A stretch of 64,000 nucleotides of DNA from Bacilli bacterium (GTDB lineage: Bacteria; Bacillota_I; Bacilli_A; RFN20; CAG-826). Below, piece after piece: positions 10,031 through 18,892 of the stretch. Location of the stretch: contig JAVBTH010000001.1 in NCBI GenBank assembly GCA_031556235.1, forward strand, positions 140,982 through 204,981, read 5' to 3'. Below the pieces are notes generated by a model that searched no databases, was not told where the DNA came from, and was given only the letters and a program-made list of their open reading frames with translations. Every line of letters starts with the position of its first letter. Position 1 is the stretch's first letter. The position numbers were made by a program, and so were the translations under genes.

Positions 10031-10702
10031 ATGAGTTTATTTAGGTTTTTACAAAAAAAAGATAAACCGACTTCAAATAATAATAAACAGTTAGAAAATG
10101 AAATTAGCATATTGTATAATGCTAAAAAATATGATGAGGTAATTTCTAAGGTGATCACTTTATCTGATGTAGAGCAAGAAGTTTCTTTGAAAAACAAGCA
10201 AATGCTCGCATTATCATATTTCTATAAAACCAATTATGTAGATTCATTAGCTGTTTTTAAAGAAATTGCAAAAAAGAAAAATGATGTAGAAAGCTGGTTT
10301 AATTGTTTAAATCCATTGCTCTTGCTAAAAAAAATGCAAGAGGCAAAAGAAGTTTTTACTATAATACTTAAATTGCATAAAGGACTTAATACTCAACAAC
10401 CACGAGAGTTAGGCTTGCCTTTTATTCGATATTATTACGCTTGGGGACTTAACGACGCTGGTTTATTTGAGGAAGCATTAGAACAATTAGAAGAATTAAA
10501 AAAAGTATATATAGCATTAAGAATTACAGATGATACATTTGTATATATTCGTGGAGTTCCATTCATTTCTAATACATTGGATTTAGCTAAAAAGGTTTTT
10601 GCTGGTTTAGGAACGGACTTAGCTAAATCGAACTATCTTAGAGAATTGAAAAGTAAAGTTGATGATAATGGAAAAATACTTATTAAAGCATACGAAAACT
10701 AA
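10031..10702 (+). CDS. Hypothetical protein, probably helical-repeat (TPR-like)
   Basis: ORF 9998..10702 trimmed to the ATG preceded by GAAGGAGAAAATAAT. Confidence 0.55.
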   Translation: MSLFRFLQKKDKPTSNNNKQLENEISILYNAKKYDEVISKVITLSDVEQEVSLKNKQMLALSYFYKTNYVDSLAVFKEIAKKKNDVESWFNCLNPLLLLKKMQEAKEVFTIILKLHKGLNTQQPRELGLPFIRYYYAWGLNDAGLFEEALEQLEELKKVYIALRITDDTFVYIRGVPFISNTLDLAKKVFAGLGTDLAKSNYLRELKSKVDDNGKILIKAYEN

Positions 10703-11008
10703 ATTAGTGTGGAAGTGACGAAGATTTATTGGCGCTTTATAATCTTAATAGAAAGGTACTTTAAAAACAAATAATCAGACTATAAAATTTCTTTTTTCCA
10801 AAATTAATTTGATATCTGCTTTTTAAATTTAAAAGCAATTATAGACGCAAAACAGATTAATTAATTCCTAATGCTTCAAATGGAAACCAGCTCACTCCGC
10901 CATTTACTTCAATATAAATACACTTAAAAAGGAATCTAATGAAGTGAACCCCAAATAGTTCACAATATAAAAAAGTGGTTTTTTGATTTCTTTATTTTAT
11001 TCTAGTGA

Positions 11009-12088
11009 TTAACCTACAAAAGAGAATTCAATAGATTTAATCTCGATTATTCCTTCTTCTCGTAATTCCTGAAAATCCAACTCTAGATATTGACATAGAT
11101 TTTTCACAATCTTATTATGCTCTTCTTCTCTTATGATGCCGCCATAGTTTGAATAATAGAAGGTATATTTAACTTTGTTTGAATCTTTGCCGTATTTTTT
11201 GAAAATAGACTTAAACAAATATAAGTCTTGTAAAGAAAATGAAGAACCATAAAACGCAATTCTGTCTATATTATTCTTAAGGATATCTGCCAAAATAGGT
11301 AAATGATTCCTACGCCTCCTATCTGATTTTGTAAATAAATCAAGATCATTAGATTTTTCGGAAATACCAAAAATGATATTTGCATCACTTAATCTGCCGT
11401 GGACATTTTGTATGTTATGTGCAGAACATTTTATATCTGTATAGTTAAAGGATATTATAGATAACTCTGCTGATTTTTGTTCGTTGCGAATAGTATGCAT
11501 AAGTTCTCTTTGCGAAGAAAAATATTGTTCACTTTGCTGTGAAATCAAATAATCCTTAAATCTCTCTTCAAAAACGTTTAGCTCTTGAAAAAGGTTCTGC
11601 ATTAACTCATCTTTTGAAACTTTAACAATCTTTAGTCTGCTTCTTGCATAACCGATATCTTGCACTTGCCAATTATCATTATTATAAAAACGCTCATTCA
11701 GGAAATAAGCAAAAAGCCAATGAGGAAAGTCTTCCCTGTGCCAGGCACCAGTTCTTTGAAAAGAGTTAATTGTATTCAAAACCTCATCCCAAATTTTTGT
11801 ATCAAATGAATCTTTAATCTCCTGTTCAACATCACACCAATTATTTCCATGTAATTTTTCTGATTTGGTCAGGAAGAGCAAATCCCAAACCGTAAAATCA
11901 ATGCTTTTAACGGCACTCATAACCGCATATTTTTGTTTTTCTTTAATCCCAACGTATATGTTGGAATTAAGAAAATCTTTATAGTCTTTTCTTTTTTTTG
12001 AATTTTCAAAAAAGTCATCATATGAAGATTTTAAACCACATTGTAAATCAAATCCATTTCCAATAATAAGCAATAATTTGTTTGCCAT
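11009..12088 (-). CDS. AbiH-like abortive-infection protein (N-terminal LLLIIGNGFDLQCGL motif)
   Basis: The GNGFD N-terminal motif and ~350-aa size are characteristic of the AbiH family; GGAGGG SD. Confidence 0.6.
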   Translation of the reverse strand: MANKLLLIIGNGFDLQCGLKSSYDDFFENSKKRKDYKDFLNSNIYVGIKEKQKYAVMSAVKSIDFTVWDLLFLTKSEKLHGNNWCDVEQEIKDSFDTKIWDEVLNTINSFQRTGAWHREDFPHWLFAYFLNERFYNNDNWQVQDIGYARSRLKIVKVSKDELMQNLFQELNVFEERFKDYLISQQSEQYFSSQRELMHTIRNEQKSAELSIISFNYTDIKCSAHNIQNVHGRLSDANIIFGISEKSNDLDLFTKSDRRRRNHLPILADILKNNIDRIAFYGSSFSLQDLYLFKSIFKKYGKDSNKVKYTFYYSNYGGIIREEEHNKIVKNLCQYLELDFQELREEGIIEIKSIEFSFVG

Positions 12089-12283
12089 AAGAATCCCTCC
12101 AAAACCTCTACAAGAATAGTAGTTAAATTTACTTCATATAAATTAATAAAATTCTAATTAAAAAATATAATCGCTTTTATTTTTTTTGCATTGCTTGTCG
12201 TAAAACCGACTCTTTAAAAAAACGATAGCAACTAACTCAACTAAGTTAAGTTTTCTTCAAGTTTATTTTCATTTTTTATTAAT

Positions 12284-12976
12284 CTATTTTATTGGCAAGA
12301 TCTTTTCAGCTTCTCTCGTTTCATAAATCATTTCAATCCAATGAACAGTAAGTCTAATTAGTCTTTTCAAATCTTCAATGTCTTTATCTGCAAACTTCTG
12401 AACATAATGAGTTTGATCATTTCCTAGCCAAACTGCACGACTTGCGGCAGTTTTCAAATTTGGGTCATTAACATATTCTTTAATACATTGACCTAATTGT
12501 GAGTTTTCAATTTTATCTTTTTTATCAGGATTTTCCTTTATAGAAAAATCTTTTATTAAAAACTCTAGAGCTTTTCTATAACCAATTCCCGCTATTTCAG
12601 TTAATTTGTAACTTTCAGAGGCTAAAGATTGATTAAAAATATTTACAAAGTCAGATGAAACTTCTTTAATAAAATCAGAAAAAATTGATTGCTCTGGTCT
12701 AACAGGGTCAAGAGACAACTGAATAGATGTATACCCTGTGAAATTGCCATTGAGATTAGTATTTCTAATTAATTTATTGTTAGCAATAAATGGATCGTAA
12801 CATTTTGTACAAAGATAGCAAATGCAGAGAAACTGATCTCCAGCAGTGTTCTTAAAATGCTTAACATTAAGTATACTAGGCTTTAGATTACACTTACAAA
12901 TTGGACATTTTTCCGGTTCTTCTACTACAACAGACGACGTTGAATTATCCAAATTAAAATTTACTCTTTCTTTCAT
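12284..12976 (-). CDS. Zinc-ribbon (CxxC x2) plus DUF4145-like domain protein
   Basis: CPICKC...CTKC cluster at the N-terminus; C-terminal AASRAVWLGNDQTHY resembles the DUF4145 core; start set at the ATG behind a GAGGTGA SD. Confidence 0.55.
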   Translation of the reverse strand: MKERVNFNLDNSTSSVVVEEPEKCPICKCNLKPSILNVKHFKNTAGDQFLCICYLCTKCYDPFIANNKLIRNTNLNGNFTGYTSIQLSLDPVRPEQSIFSDFIKEVSSDFVNIFNQSLASESYKLTEIAGIGYRKALEFLIKDFSIKENPDKKDKIENSQLGQCIKEYVNDPNLKTAASRAVWLGNDQTHYVQKFADKDIEDLKRLIRLTVHWIEMIYETREAEKILPIK

Positions 12977-13017
12977 TATTATCACCTCATTATTTTGAAA
13001 GTACATCCATCAACTAG

Positions 13018-13668
13018 TCACACAGCCTTCGTTTTTTTATTTGCCAAATCTATGATTTCATCATTCAATTCATTTATGCACTTAACCACATTTTGCTCTT
13101 TCTCGTAGAAAACCCAATTGCAAATTGTGTATAAATCATCATCAATGTCGAGTTCATAATATAATGAAATTCTTAAAATACATTGACCAAAGATAATCCT
13201 AAGTTCTACAAGAGCTCTTAAAATAATTATAGCAGCTCTTTCACTTATAGAAGGCATATCACAATAGGAATCTACAAGATTTTTAGATGCTAATTCATTA
13301 TAAAAATCTCTACAAGCTTTTCTCATAGTTTGAATGTTTGCTAGTAATACAGCATCAGTTGCTAAAAAGGATTTTTCAGTTAAAAAATCTCTAATATGTC
13401 TAATAGATATAACACAATGTCTTTCTTCAATTATTGCACAATCTATATAAAGCGCTCTTTTATCTTCAAGAAATCTAATAATTTCTCTAGCAAGTTGCCG
13501 CTGATTTGATTTATTATTCCACGTTATTCCAAATAAAGGAGTGCTTATCCCATTTATTGATCGAACTTTTTCAAAAATATCTTTGAATTTCACTTTTCTT
13601 CCCCCTATACTAATTTTATCTGCATCAATATCATAATGCAACACTATTTTTCTCATCCTTTTCATCAC
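13018..13668 (-). CDS. Hypothetical 216-aa protein, upstream partner of the DUF4145 gene
   Basis: ORF track; 41-nt gap to the downstream gene on the same strand. Confidence 0.55.
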   Translation of the reverse strand: MMKRMRKIVLHYDIDADKISIGGRKVKFKDIFEKVRSINGISTPLFGITWNNKSNQRQLAREIIRFLEDKRALYIDCAIIEERHCVISIRHIRDFLTEKSFLATDAVLLANIQTMRKACRDFYNELASKNLVDSYCDMPSISERAAIIILRALVELRIIFGQCILRISLYYELDIDDDLYTICNWVFYEKEQNVVKCINELNDEIIDLANKKTKAV

Positions 13669-13689
13669 AAATATTCATCTATAAAAAAT

Positions 13690-13732
13690 ACAGTGCCAAA
13701 TTATGTTTACAGTGCCAAAAAAATGGTATAAT
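13690..13732 (+). promoter_or_regulatory. Two direct repeats ACAGTGCCAAA (13690-13700, 13709-13719) followed by an extended -10 (TGgTATAAT, 13724-13732), upstream of fic
   Basis: Exact 11-nt direct repeat and TGnTATAAT read in the sequence. Confidence 0.35.
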
Positions 13733-13755
13733 ATAAATGTAAAGGGGTGTTCAAA

Positions 13756-14769
13756 ATGAGCGTCTTTGATGAATACAAGAAACTTGGAGAACCAAGCAAA
13801 AACGAAAAGGCGGCGATTTGGGAAACCGCAATAGGATTACAAGAAGTTGATGGTCTCACTCCTTCATCATATTTAATAGAAACAGCAAAAAATCATATTG
13901 AAGGTTCCATTACAATAACTGAAGTAAAAACGCGTCTTGAAGAGTACTATACAAAACATGATAACCGCAATGAAATTGAAAAGCGTACAGAGGAAGCCGA
14001 CAAAGTCTCAAGTCGGATTGCGGAGATATTATCAGAAAAGGCTTTCACATTTTCTCCTGCTGAGTACATTACAATTCATAAGAGACTCTTTCATGAAATA
14101 TACGAATTTGCTGGTAAAATTAGAGACTATAATATTTCAAAAAAAGAATGGGTATTAAATGGAGATTCAGTATATTATGCATCTGCAGATAGTATTAATG
14201 CCACACTCAATTATGATTTTGCTATTGAAAAAGAGTTTGATTATTCAAAAATATCAAAGGAAGAAATAATCGACCATATTTCTAGATTTATTTCAAACAT
14301 ATGGCAAATCCACCCTTTTGGAGAGGGAAATACGCGTACTACTGCAGTTTTTGCGATTAAGTATTTGCGCAAGCTTGGCTTTCATGTGAGCAATGAATTA
14401 TTTGCAAATAATTCATGGTATTTTAGAAATGCTCTTGTTCGCGCTAACTATTCTTTTGCGGATCACGGTATTTACGCAACAACAAAATATCTTAATCTCT
14501 TTTTTGAAAATCTAATATTAAAGAAAAATAATGTTTTAAAGAACAGAACAATGCAAATAGATTTTGGCACCGTAAATCAACAACATGACACTGCAAATGG
14601 CACTGTATTTGACTTAATTAAAAGTAATAATTCAATTACTGCCATGGAAATAGCTCAGCAACTAGAAATAAGTTTGCGCACTGTAAAGCGCAGAATAAAA
14701 GAGCTTAAAGAAATAGGACTTATGGAAAGAATTGGGTCGGATAAAAATGGAAGTTGGAAAATAAAATAA
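13756..14769 (+). CDS. Fic/Doc-family protein with a degenerate Fic motif (HPFGEGNTRTTA) and a C-terminal winged-helix HTH
   Basis: HPFxEGN core; C-terminal HTH (SITAMEIAQQLEISLRTVKRRIKELKE); start set at the ATG behind an AAGGGGTG SD. Confidence 0.8.
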   Translation: MSVFDEYKKLGEPSKNEKAAIWETAIGLQEVDGLTPSSYLIETAKNHIEGSITITEVKTRLEEYYTKHDNRNEIEKRTEEADKVSSRIAEILSEKAFTFSPAEYITIHKRLFHEIYEFAGKIRDYNISKKEWVLNGDSVYYASADSINATLNYDFAIEKEFDYSKISKEEIIDHISRFISNIWQIHPFGEGNTRTTAVFAIKYLRKLGFHVSNELFANNSWYFRNALVRANYSFADHGIYATTKYLNLFFENLILKKNNVLKNRTMQIDFGTVNQQHDTANGTVFDLIKSNNSITAMEIAQQLEISLRTVKRRIKELKEIGLMERIGSDKNGSWKIK

Positions 14770-14775
14770 CTTCAC

Positions 14776-14802
14776 AAAAAAACTCCCAATTGGGAGTTTT
14801 TA
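14776..14802. terminator. Bidirectional terminator (palindrome aactcccaattgggagtt flanked by A/T runs)
   Basis: Perfect 18-nt palindrome between convergent genes. Confidence 0.7.
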
Positions 14803-14825
14803 AACTATTAAATTCTTTAAAGAAA

Positions 14826-15422
14826 TTAAAGTTTTGCAAATCTACTTTTAAAATCATTAAGCGGTATAGTAACAGTTATAGTTTCTTTCGCGCTTGCTTT
14901 TGAAAATTCAAAAGTATAAGTAAAATCACTTGTAATATCAACAATCATCTTCTTTGGCTTATTACCCACGATAGCAAAATGATGCATCGTAAATGTTTCG
15001 CCTTCTTTTTTATTTTCTTCAAAGTAAGTTTGAGTCTCACCTTTATTGTTGTATGGAACAACAGTTCCGGAGATGGTTCCTCCTAACTCACCATTTTCTA
15101 TCTTAATGCCTGCGTCCAAGGCATTTTGAGGATCACCAATTAGCCATCCGTCAGTTGGCGATAACTTATGTTGAAGACTATCAAGTACAAATTCTTCTTC
15201 AACATTTTTGCTAATCGTCACTGAAACCACATACCACATAAGTGTTGTCGTATTTGATTCTTTATATTTAATAACTGAATTAGACAAAATCGTAAGAGTT
15301 GGAAGCCCTTGAGTTCCCATCGCCGTAAATTTTTCCTTACCACCACTACCTCCACAAGCTGTCACACAAACGGCAGTTGCAGCACAGGCAAATAATAACC
15401 CTGCAAATTTAAATTTTTTCAT
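14826..15422 (-). CDS. Lipoprotein (signal peptide plus lipobox VTAC)
   Basis: MKKFKFAGLLFACAATAVCVTACGGSGG. Confidence 0.75.
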   Translation of the reverse strand: MKKFKFAGLLFACAATAVCVTACGGSGGKEKFTAMGTQGLPTLTILSNSVIKYKESNTTTLMWYVVSVTISKNVEEEFVLDSLQHKLSPTDGWLIGDPQNALDAGIKIENGELGGTISGTVVPYNNKGETQTYFEENKKEGETFTMHHFAIVGNKPKKMIVDITSDFTYTFEFSKASAKETITVTIPLNDFKSRFAKL

Positions 15423-15644
15423 TTTTTCTCCCTTTAGAAATCGTCGATTTCTCTATTTATCCGTTTAATCGCGGAATACGAACATATGCTATCACTTACA
15501 AGATAATTATGCAATTACAAAATTATTAATGACCATATATTAATTCTTTTATAGTTGTAAATATTTCATCCAATCAAAAACACCCAAATTATTACGATGG
15601 GTGTTTAAGAATTTATATATTATAAATTGAATCTCTTACTAAAA

Positions 15645-16190
15645 TTATTTATCTTTTGTAAAGATGCCTTTTGCGGCATAAACCATTGGTATAACTGCAA
15701 AGATAAGCATATTAACGATTGATCCATAAATATTTGCAGTAAGTGTAAATTGGTTAGCATCTAACATACTAATGAATTGTTCTTTAGTAATGTTTCCGAT
15801 TGCTGGGATAGCAACGCCTGATGGCAATGCTTCAGCGGTCTTGTAGCCTGTTGTAATTTGATCTTGCGCATAATTTGTGTAAGCAGATCCATTAGTGAAA
15901 CTTAATATAGCAAAGACAAGCGCAATAACTGCAATTGTCATTAAAACATAGTTATTAATTTTTTTGCATTTTTCAATTGTTCCCAAAGTGCAAAAACTGA
16001 GTAATCCCACAAAGAATAGTTCTTGTGCAATTAGCATAAAGAACTTACTATTAGCAACTTTATCAGTGTACTCTCCTAATGTCACATCTTTAACAATGCC
16101 ATTTGATAAAAGTATTGTTGTTAATATAAGACCTACTAGGGCTACAACACCCATCGCAATTTTTGCCCAATGTTTTTCGATTAATTTCAT
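15645..16190 (-). CDS. Hypothetical membrane protein
   Basis: ORF trimmed to the Met behind AGGAGGAG; several TM segments. Confidence 0.55.
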   Translation of the reverse strand: MKLIEKHWAKIAMGVVALVGLILTTILLSNGIVKDVTLGEYTDKVANSKFFMLIAQELFFVGLLSFCTLGTIEKCKKINNYVLMTIAVIALVFAILSFTNGSAYTNYAQDQITTGYKTAEALPSGVAIPAIGNITKEQFISMLDANQFTLTANIYGSIVNMLIFAVIPMVYAAKGIFTKDK

Positions 16191-16300
16191 AACTTCTCCT
16201 CCTTTCATCTTATGCAAATATTGCAAAAGACAATTAGAGTATACTCCGCAGATATTGCGAAGTCAATCACTTAGTTAGTTAAACTAATTAATCTTGTATT

Positions 16301-16756
16301 TCATTCTAGTTGCGAGTCATTAAACAACTCGTTTAAGGTCTTAAGACCTTTATACATAACCTCTCGCTCTGTATCTGTGAGGTTTTTACAAACATTATCC
16401 ACCATTTTTTTGTGAAAATTAATATGCTCTTCATTGATTCTCTGTCCAAGTAATGTTAATTGCACAAAAGTGTTTCTAGCATCATTTTCGCATTTCTTCT
16501 TGCTTAAGTATCCCGATGCGACTAGTTTATTTACCATCACGGTGACACTTGCTAATGTAATATCAAACTTTTTTGCAATTTTACTAATTGTAATGGCATC
16601 GTCTTCACTAACTAATTCTATGAGGTGCATTTCGCGCATCGATAAGCTAGCTAATGTAACTTTATTAATCAACTTCATTTCTGTTTTTAATATATTGTGA
16701 AAAGTATCCACTAAAAGTAAGTTAAACTCCTCAATAAATTTTGAATTATAATCCAT
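16301..16756 (-). CDS. MarR-family transcriptional regulator
   Basis: Winged-helix MarR signature region. Confidence 0.8.
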   Translation of the reverse strand: MDYNSKFIEEFNLLLVDTFHNILKTEMKLINKVTLASLSMREMHLIELVSEDDAITISKIAKKFDITLASVTVMVNKLVASGYLSKKKCENDARNTFVQLTLLGQRINEEHINFHKKMVDNVCKNLTDTEREVMYKGLKTLNELFNDSQLE

Positions 16757-16845
16757 AAGTGTTCCTCCACCTTATTATCTTTTTCATTATAACAAAAAAA
16801 CCACAAAACAATTGAACACTTTCAGACTAAATTTCAACCAATATT

Positions 16846-18891
16846 TTACCGATTAATGGTTTCATAGATACTTTTCGCTAACTGTTTCCAATCAGTGTCC
16901 TTATTTATAATAAACTTTTCGACATGGGAGTCTTTGCTTTGAACTTCAAAAACATCCCATCCAAATGTAATTATATTTCCATTAAAGTCATAAAGAAAAT
17001 GATCATTGTATCTACCGTGGTTTTCATCGAAATGCACCATCCCTGGTTTAATTATATTTAATTCGTATTCTAACACACATAAATGCACCTCATATATACG
17101 TCCCTTAGGTTGCTTATTTGGTATTAAAAAATAATTATCATCGCTATATAAAGGAGATTGACAAAATCTAAGGTGAGTCTCACTCATTGTTTTAAAGAGA
17201 TGTGGATAGTATATCATACAAAACCGCCAGTCATTAGAATCAATTACGTAACTAGTAATGATCTCTTCATAGTTTTTACCACTTAACAACTCATTTATAA
17301 GTGTTCTAACGATAGAACTATTTTGAGAGAATAGCTTCATTATACTAGGGGTCTTAGCTTGAACACTGTTATAATCAGGAAAAAAAGTCATCAAGTCTTC
17401 TGTCCTACCAGCTGATGTAGTGTAATCACCTATTGACAATAAAGCTCTCCTTAAACTCAATCCATCCTTAGGCCCCTTATCGTTAAAAATGTCTTCAATA
17501 ATTTTCCAGTTTCTTACGAAAATATCTGAGCAATAATTATTATTTTCATCCATTGAAATATATAACCCGCAACGAATTTGTCCGCGAAAATATGGTTGCT
17601 TTTCAGCATGATAAATTTGATCATTAAACTTCTCATTGCCTCCTAAGATTATATTAGCCTTTACTTGCTCTTCTTTGAATTGTTCTTTATCGAAAACAAA
17701 TACTTCATTTTTACTAATAAATTCTAATAAGTCTTTCGTATGAGTCGACAAATTATTAATTCCGAGAATAACTTTTTGAAACGTATCTTCTTTGTCAGTA
17801 AGAGAATTCTTAATGAGATTTTTTAATACTCTAAACCACTGAAAGAAATCTTTCTCCTCTACTAAGCCTTCATTATTGTACAAATACTGCGTCACGGCGT
17901 GTAATAATGCAAAATGTTCATTACTGGAGTCAATTTCTCCTACACAGGTTATGATTGATTTATACTCATCACTTATATTTTCATCACATAAAAAATCGAA
18001 CGTGTATTTTAGTATATCAAAAAAATTCTTATCAATCTTTTTATACCATTTACTGCTGACATTAAAGTTTTTCTCACTATAAGAAACATAATCATAATTA
18101 ACTAAAACATTACGTAAAAGTTTTAACAACACATCATCCGTATTTTCTTTATACTTATCCCAAAAATAATCTAGCCATTTACCATCAATGTTTATCTCAA
18201 AATCTTTACGATTTTGATACTTTAAAACAATCATTTGGTGAGACAAAATAGCCTTGAAGTTTTCATATTGAGTAAGCATTTTTCCTCGTGCATTAAGCTT
18301 GATATACAGACTATCCTCCATCCCTAGTTTTTCCATTTCTAAAAACTCAAAAACAACTTTATTGCCTATAAGAGCGCTTTTCAGTTTTTCTTCTTCTATT
18401 CCACCAAAAATAGTAACAATTTTTTCAAAAACTGCTATGGCAGATTGTACAGTTGGGTCAAACTCCCATCCATTTATAAACCATTCAGCGTCTAAAATAA
18501 AATCTCTAAATCTTTCTGACGAGAATACTATTTTTCTTTTTTCAACAATTCTTTTAAAGAATTCTCTAGAACTTATTCTTGTCTCATATGTAAACTTACT
18601 CAGCAATGATGTTTTCGTATCATCATTTCTAAAAGCAAAAATATTTAGCAAAAACAAAGTTGTAAGCCTTTGCTGCCCGTCAACTGGAACGAACCTATCA
18701 TTTTGTAACTTTCCATAAACAAAATTAAGATTAAGAGTATTTCCCTCGATAGCTGAAAAAATATCGTTAAGCAAATTATCACATACTACTTGTGCGTGCT
18801 TATCTTTTCGACCTTGTACATAGTCCCTTTGAATAATTGGGATTTCAATGGTATAATCATTTAATAATCCCATGAAACTTTTTTGCGCCAT
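16846..18891 (-). CDS. DUF262 (ParB-like nuclease/NTPase, DGQQRLTT motif) protein, 681 aa, with an unassigned C-terminal region and no clear DUF1524/HNH motif
   Basis: IQRDYVQ...VDGQQRLTTLFLL at the N-terminus; ATG at 18891 lies 1 nt after the stop of the upstream gmrSD-like gene. Confidence 0.7.
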   Translation of the reverse strand: MAQKSFMGLLNDYTIEIPIIQRDYVQGRKDKHAQVVCDNLLNDIFSAIEGNTLNLNFVYGKLQNDRFVPVDGQQRLTTLFLLNIFAFRNDDTKTSLLSKFTYETRISSREFFKRIVEKRKIVFSSERFRDFILDAEWFINGWEFDPTVQSAIAVFEKIVTIFGGIEEEKLKSALIGNKVVFEFLEMEKLGMEDSLYIKLNARGKMLTQYENFKAILSHQMIVLKYQNRKDFEINIDGKWLDYFWDKYKENTDDVLLKLLRNVLVNYDYVSYSEKNFNVSSKWYKKIDKNFFDILKYTFDFLCDENISDEYKSIITCVGEIDSSNEHFALLHAVTQYLYNNEGLVEEKDFFQWFRVLKNLIKNSLTDKEDTFQKVILGINNLSTHTKDLLEFISKNEVFVFDKEQFKEEQVKANIILGGNEKFNDQIYHAEKQPYFRGQIRCGLYISMDENNNYCSDIFVRNWKIIEDIFNDKGPKDGLSLRRALLSIGDYTTSAGRTEDLMTFFPDYNSVQAKTPSIMKLFSQNSSIVRTLINELLSGKNYEEIITSYVIDSNDWRFCMIYYPHLFKTMSETHLRFCQSPLYSDDNYFLIPNKQPKGRIYEVHLCVLEYELNIIKPGMVHFDENHGRYNDHFLYDFNGNIITFGWDVFEVQSKDSHVEKFIINKDTDWKQLAKSIYETINR

Positions 18892-18892
18892 T

